Assembly: GCA_029856105.1 (NCBI GenBank)
Contig: JAHQWH010000158.1
Span: 1 to 25,174 of the forward strand
Direction of reading: 5' to 3'
Length of the DNA: 25,174 nucleotides
DNA from: Promethearchaeia archaeon
GTDB taxonomy: Archaea > Asgardarchaeota > Lokiarchaeia > Sigyniarchaeales > SOKP01
Below, in pieces: positions 17,359 through 24,879 of this stretch. Within the stretch, counting starts at the first letter, position 1, and every line of letters begins with the position of its first letter. The notes under the pieces were generated by a model, which worked only from the letters and a program-made list of their open reading frames with translations, ran no database searches and had not been told where the DNA came from. The translations under genes and the position numbers were made by a program.

Positions 17359-18894
17359 CTACTCTTTATTTTTAATAATATTTTGTGTTATATCGTTATC
17401 GTAACTATACATATGAAATTTATTTGGAGACAATAAAAAATCAGGGTCTACAACCCTTTTCATATCTTTAAATAATCGTAGAAATTCGGGAGTATAAGCG
17501 TTGGCTTCTACTATTGATTGAGAGATCGATTCTCCTAACCAATAATGTACACCTCCATACTGAACCTGATATATTACCTTTTTATGCCATATATCCATAG
17601 CGACTTGACGCTGATCATCTACATTTTCGGCATTAAAACCACCAGCAAAAATACAATGACCATTAGGTAATAAATGGATTGATCTGGCGAATAACGAAAA
17701 ACTTTGAGCCGGGAAATTACCTGTATTTTCGTTATCAAACAACTCGTTTAACTCTTTCTTATCTGCTATTGATGAAATTGGGATTTTATGACAAGTTGTA
17801 CATGATATCTTAGGAGGCGCTAACGAGATGAATTTGTTAAAATAGCTATAGGGAAACTTAAAATCGAACTTCCAGTCCTTAGCTAATTTTAAATCTAGAT
17901 CGATTTCTGTCCATTCAAAAGGTCTTGCAACATTATCTTTAGTCATTATTCTATTTACTTGTTCAATATAGACGTCCAAAATTCGCTCGTCAAACGCTTC
18001 AAGTATAAACATAAAAACAGGTCCACTAAGTCTAGCTCTTTTTGGAGGTCGGATTTTAGCTTGGGAAGCTAAGAGTTGTACTACTACGCGTGGGTTTATA
18101 TAAAGATCGTGTATTCCGTCTTTAACTTCTTTTTGTAGTTCATACATTAATTCAAAAACTTTATTGTAATCGTCTTTTTTCAGTATGTAATTCTTCTGTA
18201 TCTTATAAGGCGAATTAGGGAATAACCTTAAAGAACATTTAGTTTTAATGCCCATAGTTCCGGCATCTCCCATAAATAGCCCCGTAAAATCGGGAGCAAC
18301 GCCGTACCTACAAAAAGGTTTTGAGTACTTATTAGCTGCAGCCCCAGTCCAAATTATCGTGCCTTGTGGATTTAGTAATACCACCTCAACACCTAAACAA
18401 ATGTTTGGAACTAAACCATATTTAGTGGACCCAAAACCAGCGGTGCTGTTAGAAAGCCCTCCTCCAATTGTTGCTGAAAATCCACTTCCGGGACCGAGTA
18501 CTCCTGTCGTTAAATCTTTTTTGTATAGTTCTGATAGTAAAGCCCCCCAGGTTACTCCACATTCTACCTCACAATAGAAATCCTTTTCATTTATTTCAAT
18601 AATTTTATTCATCCGCGTAAGATCAATAAGGATTCCCCCTTCAATTGTCGCACCTCCAACTAAATCGGCCCCTCCTCCTCGCGGTACTATAGGAATTTTA
18701 TATTTATTAGCAATTTTTACAATATCTGAAACTTCTTCCGTATTCTCTGGACGTACTATAATATCAGCCCATCTATCAGGAAAGGCAGGATCAACGTTTC
18801 TAGAATAGGCAGCTTTCATAAAATCTTTATTAGTGATATATTCTGTTCCAACCGCTATTTCAATTTCTTTGTATACCTTATCAATTTTGGACAT
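17359..18894 (-). CDS. FAD-binding oxidoreductase (FAD_binding_4 / GlcD-VAO superfamily), copy 2
   Basis: IVRPENTEEVS, PRGGGADLVGG, IDLTRMNKI, ATIGG, FMGDAGTMGI, C-terminal KRVVDPDFLLSP. Confidence 0.92.
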   Translation of the reverse strand: MSKIDKVYKEIEIAVGTEYITNKDFMKAAYSRNVDPAFPDRWADIIVRPENTEEVSDIVKIANKYKIPIVPRGGGADLVGGATIEGGILIDLTRMNKIIEINEKDFYCEVECGVTWGALLSELYKKDLTTGVLGPGSGFSATIGGGLSNSTAGFGSTKYGLVPNICLGVEVVLLNPQGTIIWTGAAANKYSKPFCRYGVAPDFTGLFMGDAGTMGIKTKCSLRLFPNSPYKIQKNYILKKDDYNKVFELMYELQKEVKDGIHDLYINPRVVVQLLASQAKIRPPKRARLSGPVFMFILEAFDERILDVYIEQVNRIMTKDNVARPFEWTEIDLDLKLAKDWKFDFKFPYSYFNKFISLAPPKISCTTCHKIPISSIADKKELNELFDNENTGNFPAQSFSLFARSIHLLPNGHCIFAGGFNAENVDDQRQVAMDIWHKKVIYQVQYGGVHYWLGESISQSIVEANAYTPEFLRLFKDMKRVVDPDFLLSPNKFHMYSYDNDITQNIIKNKE

Positions 18895-18930
18895 GATTCA
18901 ATATTAACGAATAATAGATTTGTAATATAA

Positions 18931-19731
18931 TTAATACCAATCCCATTTGAGAAACGAATAGGGTAAAAAATCTGTTTGATCTACCTTAGCAACAACCTCT
19001 CCAGGAAGCATAGTATTGTCTGTTTTAAGATATAACGCGCCTAGTACCTTTACTACTTCAACTTCAGCCCATGGATCGTGCACAGTTGAGTTTAATTTTA
19101 TTTCTGCTACACCCATTTCCATTGATTTTGGACGAACCGAAGTTTCTTGCTTAACTAACCACGGATCGTAATCAAAACCCTTTTTATTAGGTGCTGGAAA
19201 GTACTTGAAGTTATAATTAATCGTATTTCTCTTTCTTCCCGGAAGAAGACCCAACTCTTTTATGATACTTGGCGTTTCGCTATCGTTGAATTTACCGGTT
19301 AATTTTACTTTAATTTCAATATTCTTAACTCCAAGACGCTCAGACCAAGCTTCAACATCTTTATCCTTTCGATGAAAATGTATTTTAGCTATTTTTTTGG
19401 GGAATCCAAAAATCTCCCGACCTCCAATCATCGCTCGATCGTCGTCAACGGGCATAGCTAAGTAATAATTTCCCTGTAAGCCATTATATTCACATCTTAA
19501 CGTCAAAGCACCTTCAAAATACGGTAATCCTTGATTGGTACTAGGGTAATTTGCTATAAATGACATAACTACGGGTCTACTAACAGGCTTTAAAGGAGGG
19601 GGTAAAATCTTTTCGACTATCTCAGGTTTAGTTTCCCATAAAACGGTTATCATTTCAGCACTTTTAAATACGCTCGTCCTTAACCTTTCTTTTCTCTCTT
19701 CTATCTCTTTTATTGAACGCTTAAAACTAAT
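18931..19731 (-). CDS. Acetoacetate decarboxylase-like (ADC superfamily) protein, copy 1; probable ATT start
   Basis: ILPPPL, YFEG, GREIFGFPKK. The frame extends 26 codons upstream of ATG 19653 to ATT-AGT-TTT-AAG-CGT-TCA, 6 nt after AGGTGA. Confidence 0.85.
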   Translation of the reverse strand: MSFKRSIKEIEERKERLRTSVFKSAEMITVLWETKPEIVEKILPPPLKPVSRPVVMSFIANYPSTNQGLPYFEGALTLRCEYNGLQGNYYLAMPVDDDRAMIGGREIFGFPKKIAKIHFHRKDKDVEAWSERLGVKNIEIKVKLTGKFNDSETPSIIKELGLLPGRKRNTINYNFKYFPAPNKKGFDYDPWLVKQETSVRPKSMEMGVAEIKLNSTVHDPWAEVEVVKVLGALYLKTDNTMLPGEVVAKVDQTDFLPYSFLKWDWY

Positions 19732-19741
19732 TTTAAATCAC

Positions 19742-21277
19742 CTAATTTTCCTCTTTTACAAAATGTTCTGATAAATCGTGATCATAACTATACATGTGAA
19801 ACTTTTTTGGACTTAACAAGTAATTTGGATCTACAGCTTTTTTCATATCTTTGAAAAATTGAATAAATCCAGGCGTATAGGCATTAGCTTCAACTATAGA
19901 TTGAGAGATTGCTTCTCCAAGCCAATAATGTACGCCTCCATATCGTACTTGAAGACGTAGCTTTTTGTGCCACATTTTCATGGATTTTTCGCGTTGTTCA
20001 TCTATGTTATCGGCATTGAATCCACCTACAACTACACAATTACCGTTAGGTAAAAGAAATATAACTGTTGCAAATAATGCAACACTTTGTGGTGGATATT
20101 CATCCCGGTAGTTAATATCAAATTGATCGCTTAAATTTGCTACTTTATGTAAAGCAGAAATTGGAACTTTATGACAAGTGGTACACGATATTTTCGGCGG
20201 GGCTACCGATATAAATTTATTAAAGTAGTGATAGGCATATTTTAAATTAAATTCCCAATCTTTGGATAGAGGCGCTTCTGGATCAATTTCTTGCCATTCA
20301 AACGTTCGAGCATCGTCTTTCATAAGATTTTCAATTTGTTCAAGGTAAACATCTAGCACCCGCTCATCTGTAGATTCCACCAATATCGAAAAAACCGGCC
20401 CTTTTAATCTCGGTCTTTTAACTGGTTTATTTTCCACCATACCTGCCATTAATTGAACTACAACAATAGGAATTACAAGTACATCGTGTAATCCGTCCCG
20501 TACTTCTTTCCGTAATTTATACAAGAGCTCAGAAACTTTATTATAATCGTTCTTCTTTAACATGTAATATCGCTGCGCTTTAAACGGTGTCTCGGGATGC
20601 AATCGTAGGAAAGCTTTAGTCTTAATACCCATAGTTCCTACATCCCCCATAAATAATCCCGTAAAATCGGGAGCCACCCCATATCTACAAAAAGGCTCTG
20701 CGTATTTATTAGCTGCTGCTCCTGTCCTAATTATCGTTCCTTGTGGATTTGGTAAAACTACTTCGACACCTAAACAAATGTCAGGAATAACACCGTATTT
20801 TGTGGATCCAAAACCAGCAGTACTATTAGAAAGGCCCCCTCCGATAGTAGCAGAATAACCGCTCCCAGGACCGAGTACTCCTGTTGTTAAACCTTGTTTT
20901 TGTAATTCCGATAGCAACTCACCCCATGTTATTCCACATTCTACCTCGCAATAGTAATCCTTTTCATTGATTTCAATAATTTTATTCATTCGCGTAAGAT
21001 CAATTAGGATCCCCCCTTCGCTTACAGACCCCCCTACGAGATCTGCGCCACCACCTCTCGGAATCATTGGGATTTTGTACTTATTAGCGATTTTTACGAT
21101 TTCAGAGACCTCTTCAGATGATTCTGGCCTCACTATAATATCTGCCCATCTATCTGGAAACGCCGGGTCAACATTTCGAGAATATGCCGCCTTCATAAAA
21201 TCTTTGTCTGATATAAAATCGGAACCGATTATTCCCTCTATTTCCTTATACGCATCCTTTACTTTTGACATTATCAT
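19742..21277 (-). CDS. FAD-binding oxidoreductase (FAD_binding_4 / GlcD-VAO superfamily), copy 1
   Basis: Same motifs as 17359-18894, with long near-identical blocks (KDFMKAAYSRNVDPAFPDRWADIIVRPE; FCRYGVAPDFTGLFMGD). The start may be ATG 21271. Confidence 0.92.
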   Translation of the reverse strand: MIMSKVKDAYKEIEGIIGSDFISDKDFMKAAYSRNVDPAFPDRWADIIVRPESSEEVSEIVKIANKYKIPMIPRGGGADLVGGSVSEGGILIDLTRMNKIIEINEKDYYCEVECGITWGELLSELQKQGLTTGVLGPGSGYSATIGGGLSNSTAGFGSTKYGVIPDICLGVEVVLPNPQGTIIRTGAAANKYAEPFCRYGVAPDFTGLFMGDVGTMGIKTKAFLRLHPETPFKAQRYYMLKKNDYNKVSELLYKLRKEVRDGLHDVLVIPIVVVQLMAGMVENKPVKRPRLKGPVFSILVESTDERVLDVYLEQIENLMKDDARTFEWQEIDPEAPLSKDWEFNLKYAYHYFNKFISVAPPKISCTTCHKVPISALHKVANLSDQFDINYRDEYPPQSVALFATVIFLLPNGNCVVVGGFNADNIDEQREKSMKMWHKKLRLQVRYGGVHYWLGEAISQSIVEANAYTPGFIQFFKDMKKAVDPNYLLSPKKFHMYSYDHDLSEHFVKEEN

Positions 21278-21326
21278 CTATTATAAGATAGAACTTGTGA
21301 ATTAATAAAAGTATATGAAAAAAAAA

Positions 21327-22112
21327 TTATTTTAATTTCTTGACTCGTTTAGCTATTTTCTTTTTAACATCTTCGTAAGAAGGCGGGGGTCCAGTTCTAA
21401 TCTCCTTCTCGTCAATAAAAAGCGCATCAGCAATTCCCCACTCCAAAAAAGTCTCCCTATTGAATGTATCTATTTCTGTGAAAACTACTTTATCTCCAAA
21501 TTCGGAAGCTGCTCTTTTTGCTCTTTCAAAAACTATATTTTGAGCAGGGCACCAGCCATTTATAAACGAAGTCACTGATACCTTCCCTGGTATTTTTTTG
21601 GGCTTTTTTTTCTGCCTTATCATTTTAGGCGGAATAGCATCGTTGGAAAAAGGTTTCCATAGTAAAACGCTTATACTCTGCTTATCAACTTTAACATATC
21701 CTTGCTTTTTAAACCAAGAAGCTCTCATAAAAACGGGTATAGAAAGCCCCCATGCTACTAATCCTTTCGCACCCTTACCCCTTACATCCTCTTCAGCAGC
21801 TCTTATTAAAGCCTTACCAATTCCTTTCTTCTGGAAGTTTCCAACTCCTTCTTTGTAGCCGTGTACCCAGATACAATTTATAAAGTATAAATTATCGCCT
21901 TCTGCGGTTGAATATTCAAGAGGAACGTATTGTATCATTCCCACTACTTTGTCGTCCTCAGTCACAGCAATTTTAACTCCAAGCCCTTTGTCTTTCATTT
22001 TATTATACCAAAGCTCCTTGTGATCCCCTGCTTCTTTCATCTCGTCGCTCCAATCTTCAAGACACATAAAATAAAGTCCGTTATATTTTTCCTCTAAATC
22101 AATTATTTTCGT
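21327..22112 (-). CDS. GNAT acetyltransferase with a C-terminal thioredoxin-like (YoaP-like) domain; probable ACG start
   Basis: Acetyl-CoA motif FQKKGIGKALI, FINCIWV, WFKKQGY; C-terminal GWCP. The frame extends 15 codons upstream of ATG 22067 to ACG-AAA-ATA-ATT-GAT-TTA. Confidence 0.85.
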   Translation of the reverse strand, partial: TKIIDLEEKYNGLYFMCLEDWSDEMKEAGDHKELWYNKMKDKGLGVKIAVTEDDKVVGMIQYVPLEYSTAEGDNLYFINCIWVHGYKEGVGNFQKKGIGKALIRAAEEDVRGKGAKGLVAWGLSIPVFMRASWFKKQGYVKVDKQSISVLLWKPFSNDAIPPKMIRQKKKPKKIPGKVSVTSFINGWCPAQNIVFERAKRAASEFGDKVVFTEIDTFNRETFLEWGIADALFIDEKEIRTGPPPSYEDVKKKIAKRVKKLK

Positions 22113-22209
22113 AAAACATCACTCTCCTAAGTATTGGATTTGTTTAAATAAAACTTAATGAATATATAAATATCTAACAATAAAAACTTATCATATATTA
22201 AATAAGTCT

Positions 22210-22560
22210 TTACATCCACGAAGCTATCTTTGGAGTTTTCGCTAAAATATCGACGAGAACATCGTATTCAATACAATTTATTCTCGTGTCAACTGATTCT
22301 GGGTCAATCCCACGCGCTAAAAGGTCGGGTGTCATCGCAAATACGGTTATGGGCAGATTTAGTAATAAATTTAAAGAACTGGGCATCACTCCCTTTTTAG
22401 AGGTTCCTATAACTCCGTCGTGGATTAAAACAACAGTGACATTTGCGTCTTTAATCTGTTCCTTTATTATATTAAATAGATTATCTATGGACGTACTTTT
22501 TCTCGTGCTAAATCCAAAAAGGTACACCAATTTATTTATATCTTCCATTTGTACAACCAT
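22210..22560 (-). CDS. DsrH/TusB-like sulfur relay subunit
   Basis: VVLIHDGV, DLLARGI, IEYDVLVDIL, C-terminal SW; third gene of a DsrEFH-like trio. Confidence 0.82.
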   Translation of the reverse strand: MVVQMEDINKLVYLFGFSTRKSTSIDNLFNIIKEQIKDANVTVVLIHDGVIGTSKKGVMPSSLNLLLNLPITVFAMTPDLLARGIDPESVDTRINCIEYDVLVDILAKTPKIASWM

Positions 22561-22572
22561 AATCCCATCACA

Positions 22573-22941
22573 CTAATACCTATAAAACACATCTGCTTGT
22601 AAAATAAACTCTGAAATCTCCTTCCAGCTGGCAATTTTTACGTTGTCAAAATCTATCAAATCTGAAGGCTCAATACTAGCTATTTCTAAGGCAGAGTCTA
22701 ACGCGTAAACCTCGAAGTCAGATAGTTCCATCATTCTAAAGATGTTCGAGGGGGTTTCCATGTTAACTTTCTCAGGATCAAAATTCTTACTTAAAAAATA
22801 GACCGAATCGCCGATGAATACTATCTTACATTCGTCAAGATCCCCCACTGCCATAATTCCAGCGGCCATGCGGATTGCTTCGAGAGAAGAATTTTTACCT
22901 ATTGGAGAATCTTCGCACAAAATTACCACAGATTTAACCAT
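22573..22941 (-). CDS. DsrF/TusC-like sulfur relay subunit
   Basis: SPIG...EAIRMAAG, VFIGDSVY. ATG 22941 is preferred because it removes the overlap with the upstream gene. Confidence 0.8.
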   Translation of the reverse strand: MVKSVVILCEDSPIGKNSSLEAIRMAAGIMAVGDLDECKIVFIGDSVYFLSKNFDPEKVNMETPSNIFRMMELSDFEVYALDSALEIASIEPSDLIDFDNVKIASWKEISEFILQADVFYRY

Positions 22942-22945
22942 TAAT

Positions 22946-23314
22946 TTACACCCCCGGACCAAATACTATAACTCTTTCTGATTCTGCCATCCACTCAGAC
23001 AATCCACCTAATCCCACTTGAAGCGCCCCCTCAATAAAATCGTCGGATTTTAGCCCCGTGAAGTTAACCCAAGTACTACAGACAGATAGATTTAGGTTAT
23101 TCTTCTTTATGAAATTCTCGAGGCGTTCGGGTAGATTTCTCATGCTTGAGCTTATATTTATTTCACGTTTGACGTTATACACGCCACTCCCGTAGAAAAA
23201 AATACCTAAAATTTGATGCCCTTTCTTTAAGATTGCCTTTCCTAAGTTAAGCATCGTATCTATCGCTTCAAATTTATAAGGTTCCGCGCATACGACAAAA
23301 GTAAAAACAACCAT
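22946..23314 (-). CDS. DsrE/TusD-like sulfurtransferase subunit
   Basis: EPY, KGHQILGIFFYGSGVYN, Cys in LSVCST at the DsrE active-site position, GLGGLSEW...SERVIVFG. Confidence 0.87.
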   Translation of the reverse strand: MVVFTFVVCAEPYKFEAIDTMLNLGKAILKKGHQILGIFFYGSGVYNVKREINISSSMRNLPERLENFIKKNNLNLSVCSTWVNFTGLKSDDFIEGALQVGLGGLSEWMAESERVIVFGPGV

Positions 23315-23375
23315 AATAGTAAAATCACTTTTTTTAATGATTATTTATATAACGTATTCTTATTTATCATTTTTC

Positions 23376-24708
23376 GCAAAAGAAAACACGTTCCTTTAGG
23401 GAAGTGATGAATTTTGCATCATTAAAAGTTGAACCTCTTCTTCTTTAAATATAAAAAAATAATAGATTAACCAATGCAACTCGTTCGACAAGTTCAATTC
23501 AAACGCTCGAAATTATTGGACGAGATCACTTTTCTTTCAAAAAACTTGTTTAACGTCGCCACCTACACGGTTCGACAACGATTCTTCGTGGATCGTCATT
23601 GGACTCGATATAACGAGTTATGGCGATTGTTAAAATCACACAAGGCGTATAAAAAGCTTCAAGAGATGTGCGGTTCTCATCCACCACAACAAGTCTTAAA
23701 GCAAGTAGATCGAAACTTCAAGAGTTTTTTTAAAGCAATTAAAATGTGGAAAAAAGAACCATCTAAATTTCAAGGAATGCCAAGGCTCCCCCATTACAAG
23801 CGTAAGAATGGTCGTAATTTGGCCTATTTCACTTCATTACAATGTAGGTTGAATGAAGGTTTTGTTTTACTCACGAAAAAGATGGAAAGATTAGGCTTTC
23901 CGAAAATAAAAACGGATCTCGAAAATGTAAAAGGAGTTCGCATCGTTCCTTTCGGGGATCGATATAACGTCGAATTGATCTACGACTACGAACCACTAGA
24001 CTTGTACTTGAACGAGGATAACATGTTAGGGATCGATTTAGGACTTAACAACATCGTAACTGCGTCAGATAACGTTGGAAATAATCCATTGATTATCAAG
24101 GGCGGTGTCGTGAAGTCGATCAATCAATTCTATAACAAGCAATTAGCCAAATACAAATCGTTAAGCAAGATTTGTAACGACACCGAATTGACTAAACGCA
24201 TCTTGAAACTTCATCGAAAGCGAAACAATAAAATTAGAGATTTTTTCCACAAAACTTCGAGAAAAGTAGTCAATCACTGCATTTCTAACGATATAGGGAC
24301 GATAATCATCGGGTATAACGAGGGTTGGAAACAGAAAGTTAAGATCGGCAAGAAAAACAACCAAAACTTCGTGTCAATACCTTTTCTAAAACTTGTCCGA
24401 CAAATCGAATACAAGTCCGAGATGGTCGGAATTAAAGTAGTGAGAATCACCGAAGAATATACTTCGCAAACTTGCTCTTCGTGTGGAGTCGTTCGCAAGT
24501 CAAACCGCAAGTATCGCGGTCTATACGCGTGTAAAGATTGCGGGTTAGTATTAAACGCCGATGTGAACGCTTCAAGAAACATGATACAAAAAGGAGTCCC
24601 TGAGTCCAAGTGGTTAGGGGATAGAGGATGTTTGAACCATCCATTAGTGTTAAAAGTTTAAAGACTCTTAACCTACGAATCCAAGCCCTTTAGAGCGTGG
24701 TAGTTCAA
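23376..24708 (+). mobile_element. IS200/IS605-family (IS1341-like) element carrying only tnpB
   Basis: Left hairpin CACGTTCC-TTTA-GGGAAGTG (23387-23406) inside GCAAAA/TTTTGC arms. Right hairpin CCAAGCCC-TTTA-GAGCGTGG (24681-24700) followed by TTCAA (to 24708). No tnpA. The left boundary is approximate. Confidence 0.78.
23474..24661 (+). CDS. tnpB: RNA-guided endonuclease TnpB
   Basis: RuvC-I GIDLG, DFFHKTSR, EEYTSQTCSSCG and CKDCG zinc finger, RuvC-III NADVNASRN; intact 395-aa ORF. Confidence 0.93.
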   Translation: MQLVRQVQFKRSKLLDEITFLSKNLFNVATYTVRQRFFVDRHWTRYNELWRLLKSHKAYKKLQEMCGSHPPQQVLKQVDRNFKSFFKAIKMWKKEPSKFQGMPRLPHYKRKNGRNLAYFTSLQCRLNEGFVLLTKKMERLGFPKIKTDLENVKGVRIVPFGDRYNVELIYDYEPLDLYLNEDNMLGIDLGLNNIVTASDNVGNNPLIIKGGVVKSINQFYNKQLAKYKSLSKICNDTELTKRILKLHRKRNNKIRDFFHKTSRKVVNHCISNDIGTIIIGYNEGWKQKVKIGKKNNQNFVSIPFLKLVRQIEYKSEMVGIKVVRITEEYTSQTCSSCGVVRKSNRKYRGLYACKDCGLVLNADVNASRNMIQKGVPESKWLGDRGCLNHPLVLKV

Positions 24709-24728
24709 ATAGCGTTAATATTTTATAA
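24600..24728 (+). ncRNA. Predicted TnpB omega/reRNA (3' scaffold plus flanking guide); 5' boundary unknown
   Basis: Stacked hairpins GGATG/CATCC (24626-24642), GTTAAAAGT/ACTCTTAAC (24649-24672) and the right-end hairpin. Known TnpB guide RNAs overlap the ORF 3' end and read into flanking DNA. Confidence 0.55.
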
Positions 24729-24879
24729 ATCATACTTCTCCCTTAAGTTCAAATTTCAAGTGAAAATTGTATTTATCTTATATTATATCGTAACAACTTT
24801 TTTTGCTATTCAATATCATAAAGTAATTGAATCTTAATATATTGTAGTATCAAAATTATTAATATGAGGTTTATCTAAA

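Noticed and set aside
17359-21277. Near-identical blocks between the FAD genes as a DGR template/variable repeat or an assembly duplication
   Set aside because: Differences look largely synonymous and not adenine-specific, no reverse transcriptase is present, and the C-terminal halves are well diverged; ordinary paralogy fits.
4819-22127. TGA readthrough or recoding to explain the upstream in-frame stops at the non-AUG genes
   Set aside because: The TGAs lie within or beside the SD sites, the sequence upstream is intergenic or another gene, and TGA is used as a normal stop elsewhere (181-183, 564-562).
18248-24644. ORFs 18248-18577, 20967-21305, 21598-21858, 22286-22576, 24161-24364, 24274-24609, 24447-24644
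   Set aside because: Antisense shadows of the FAD oxidoreductase, GNAT, DsrH-like and TnpB genes.
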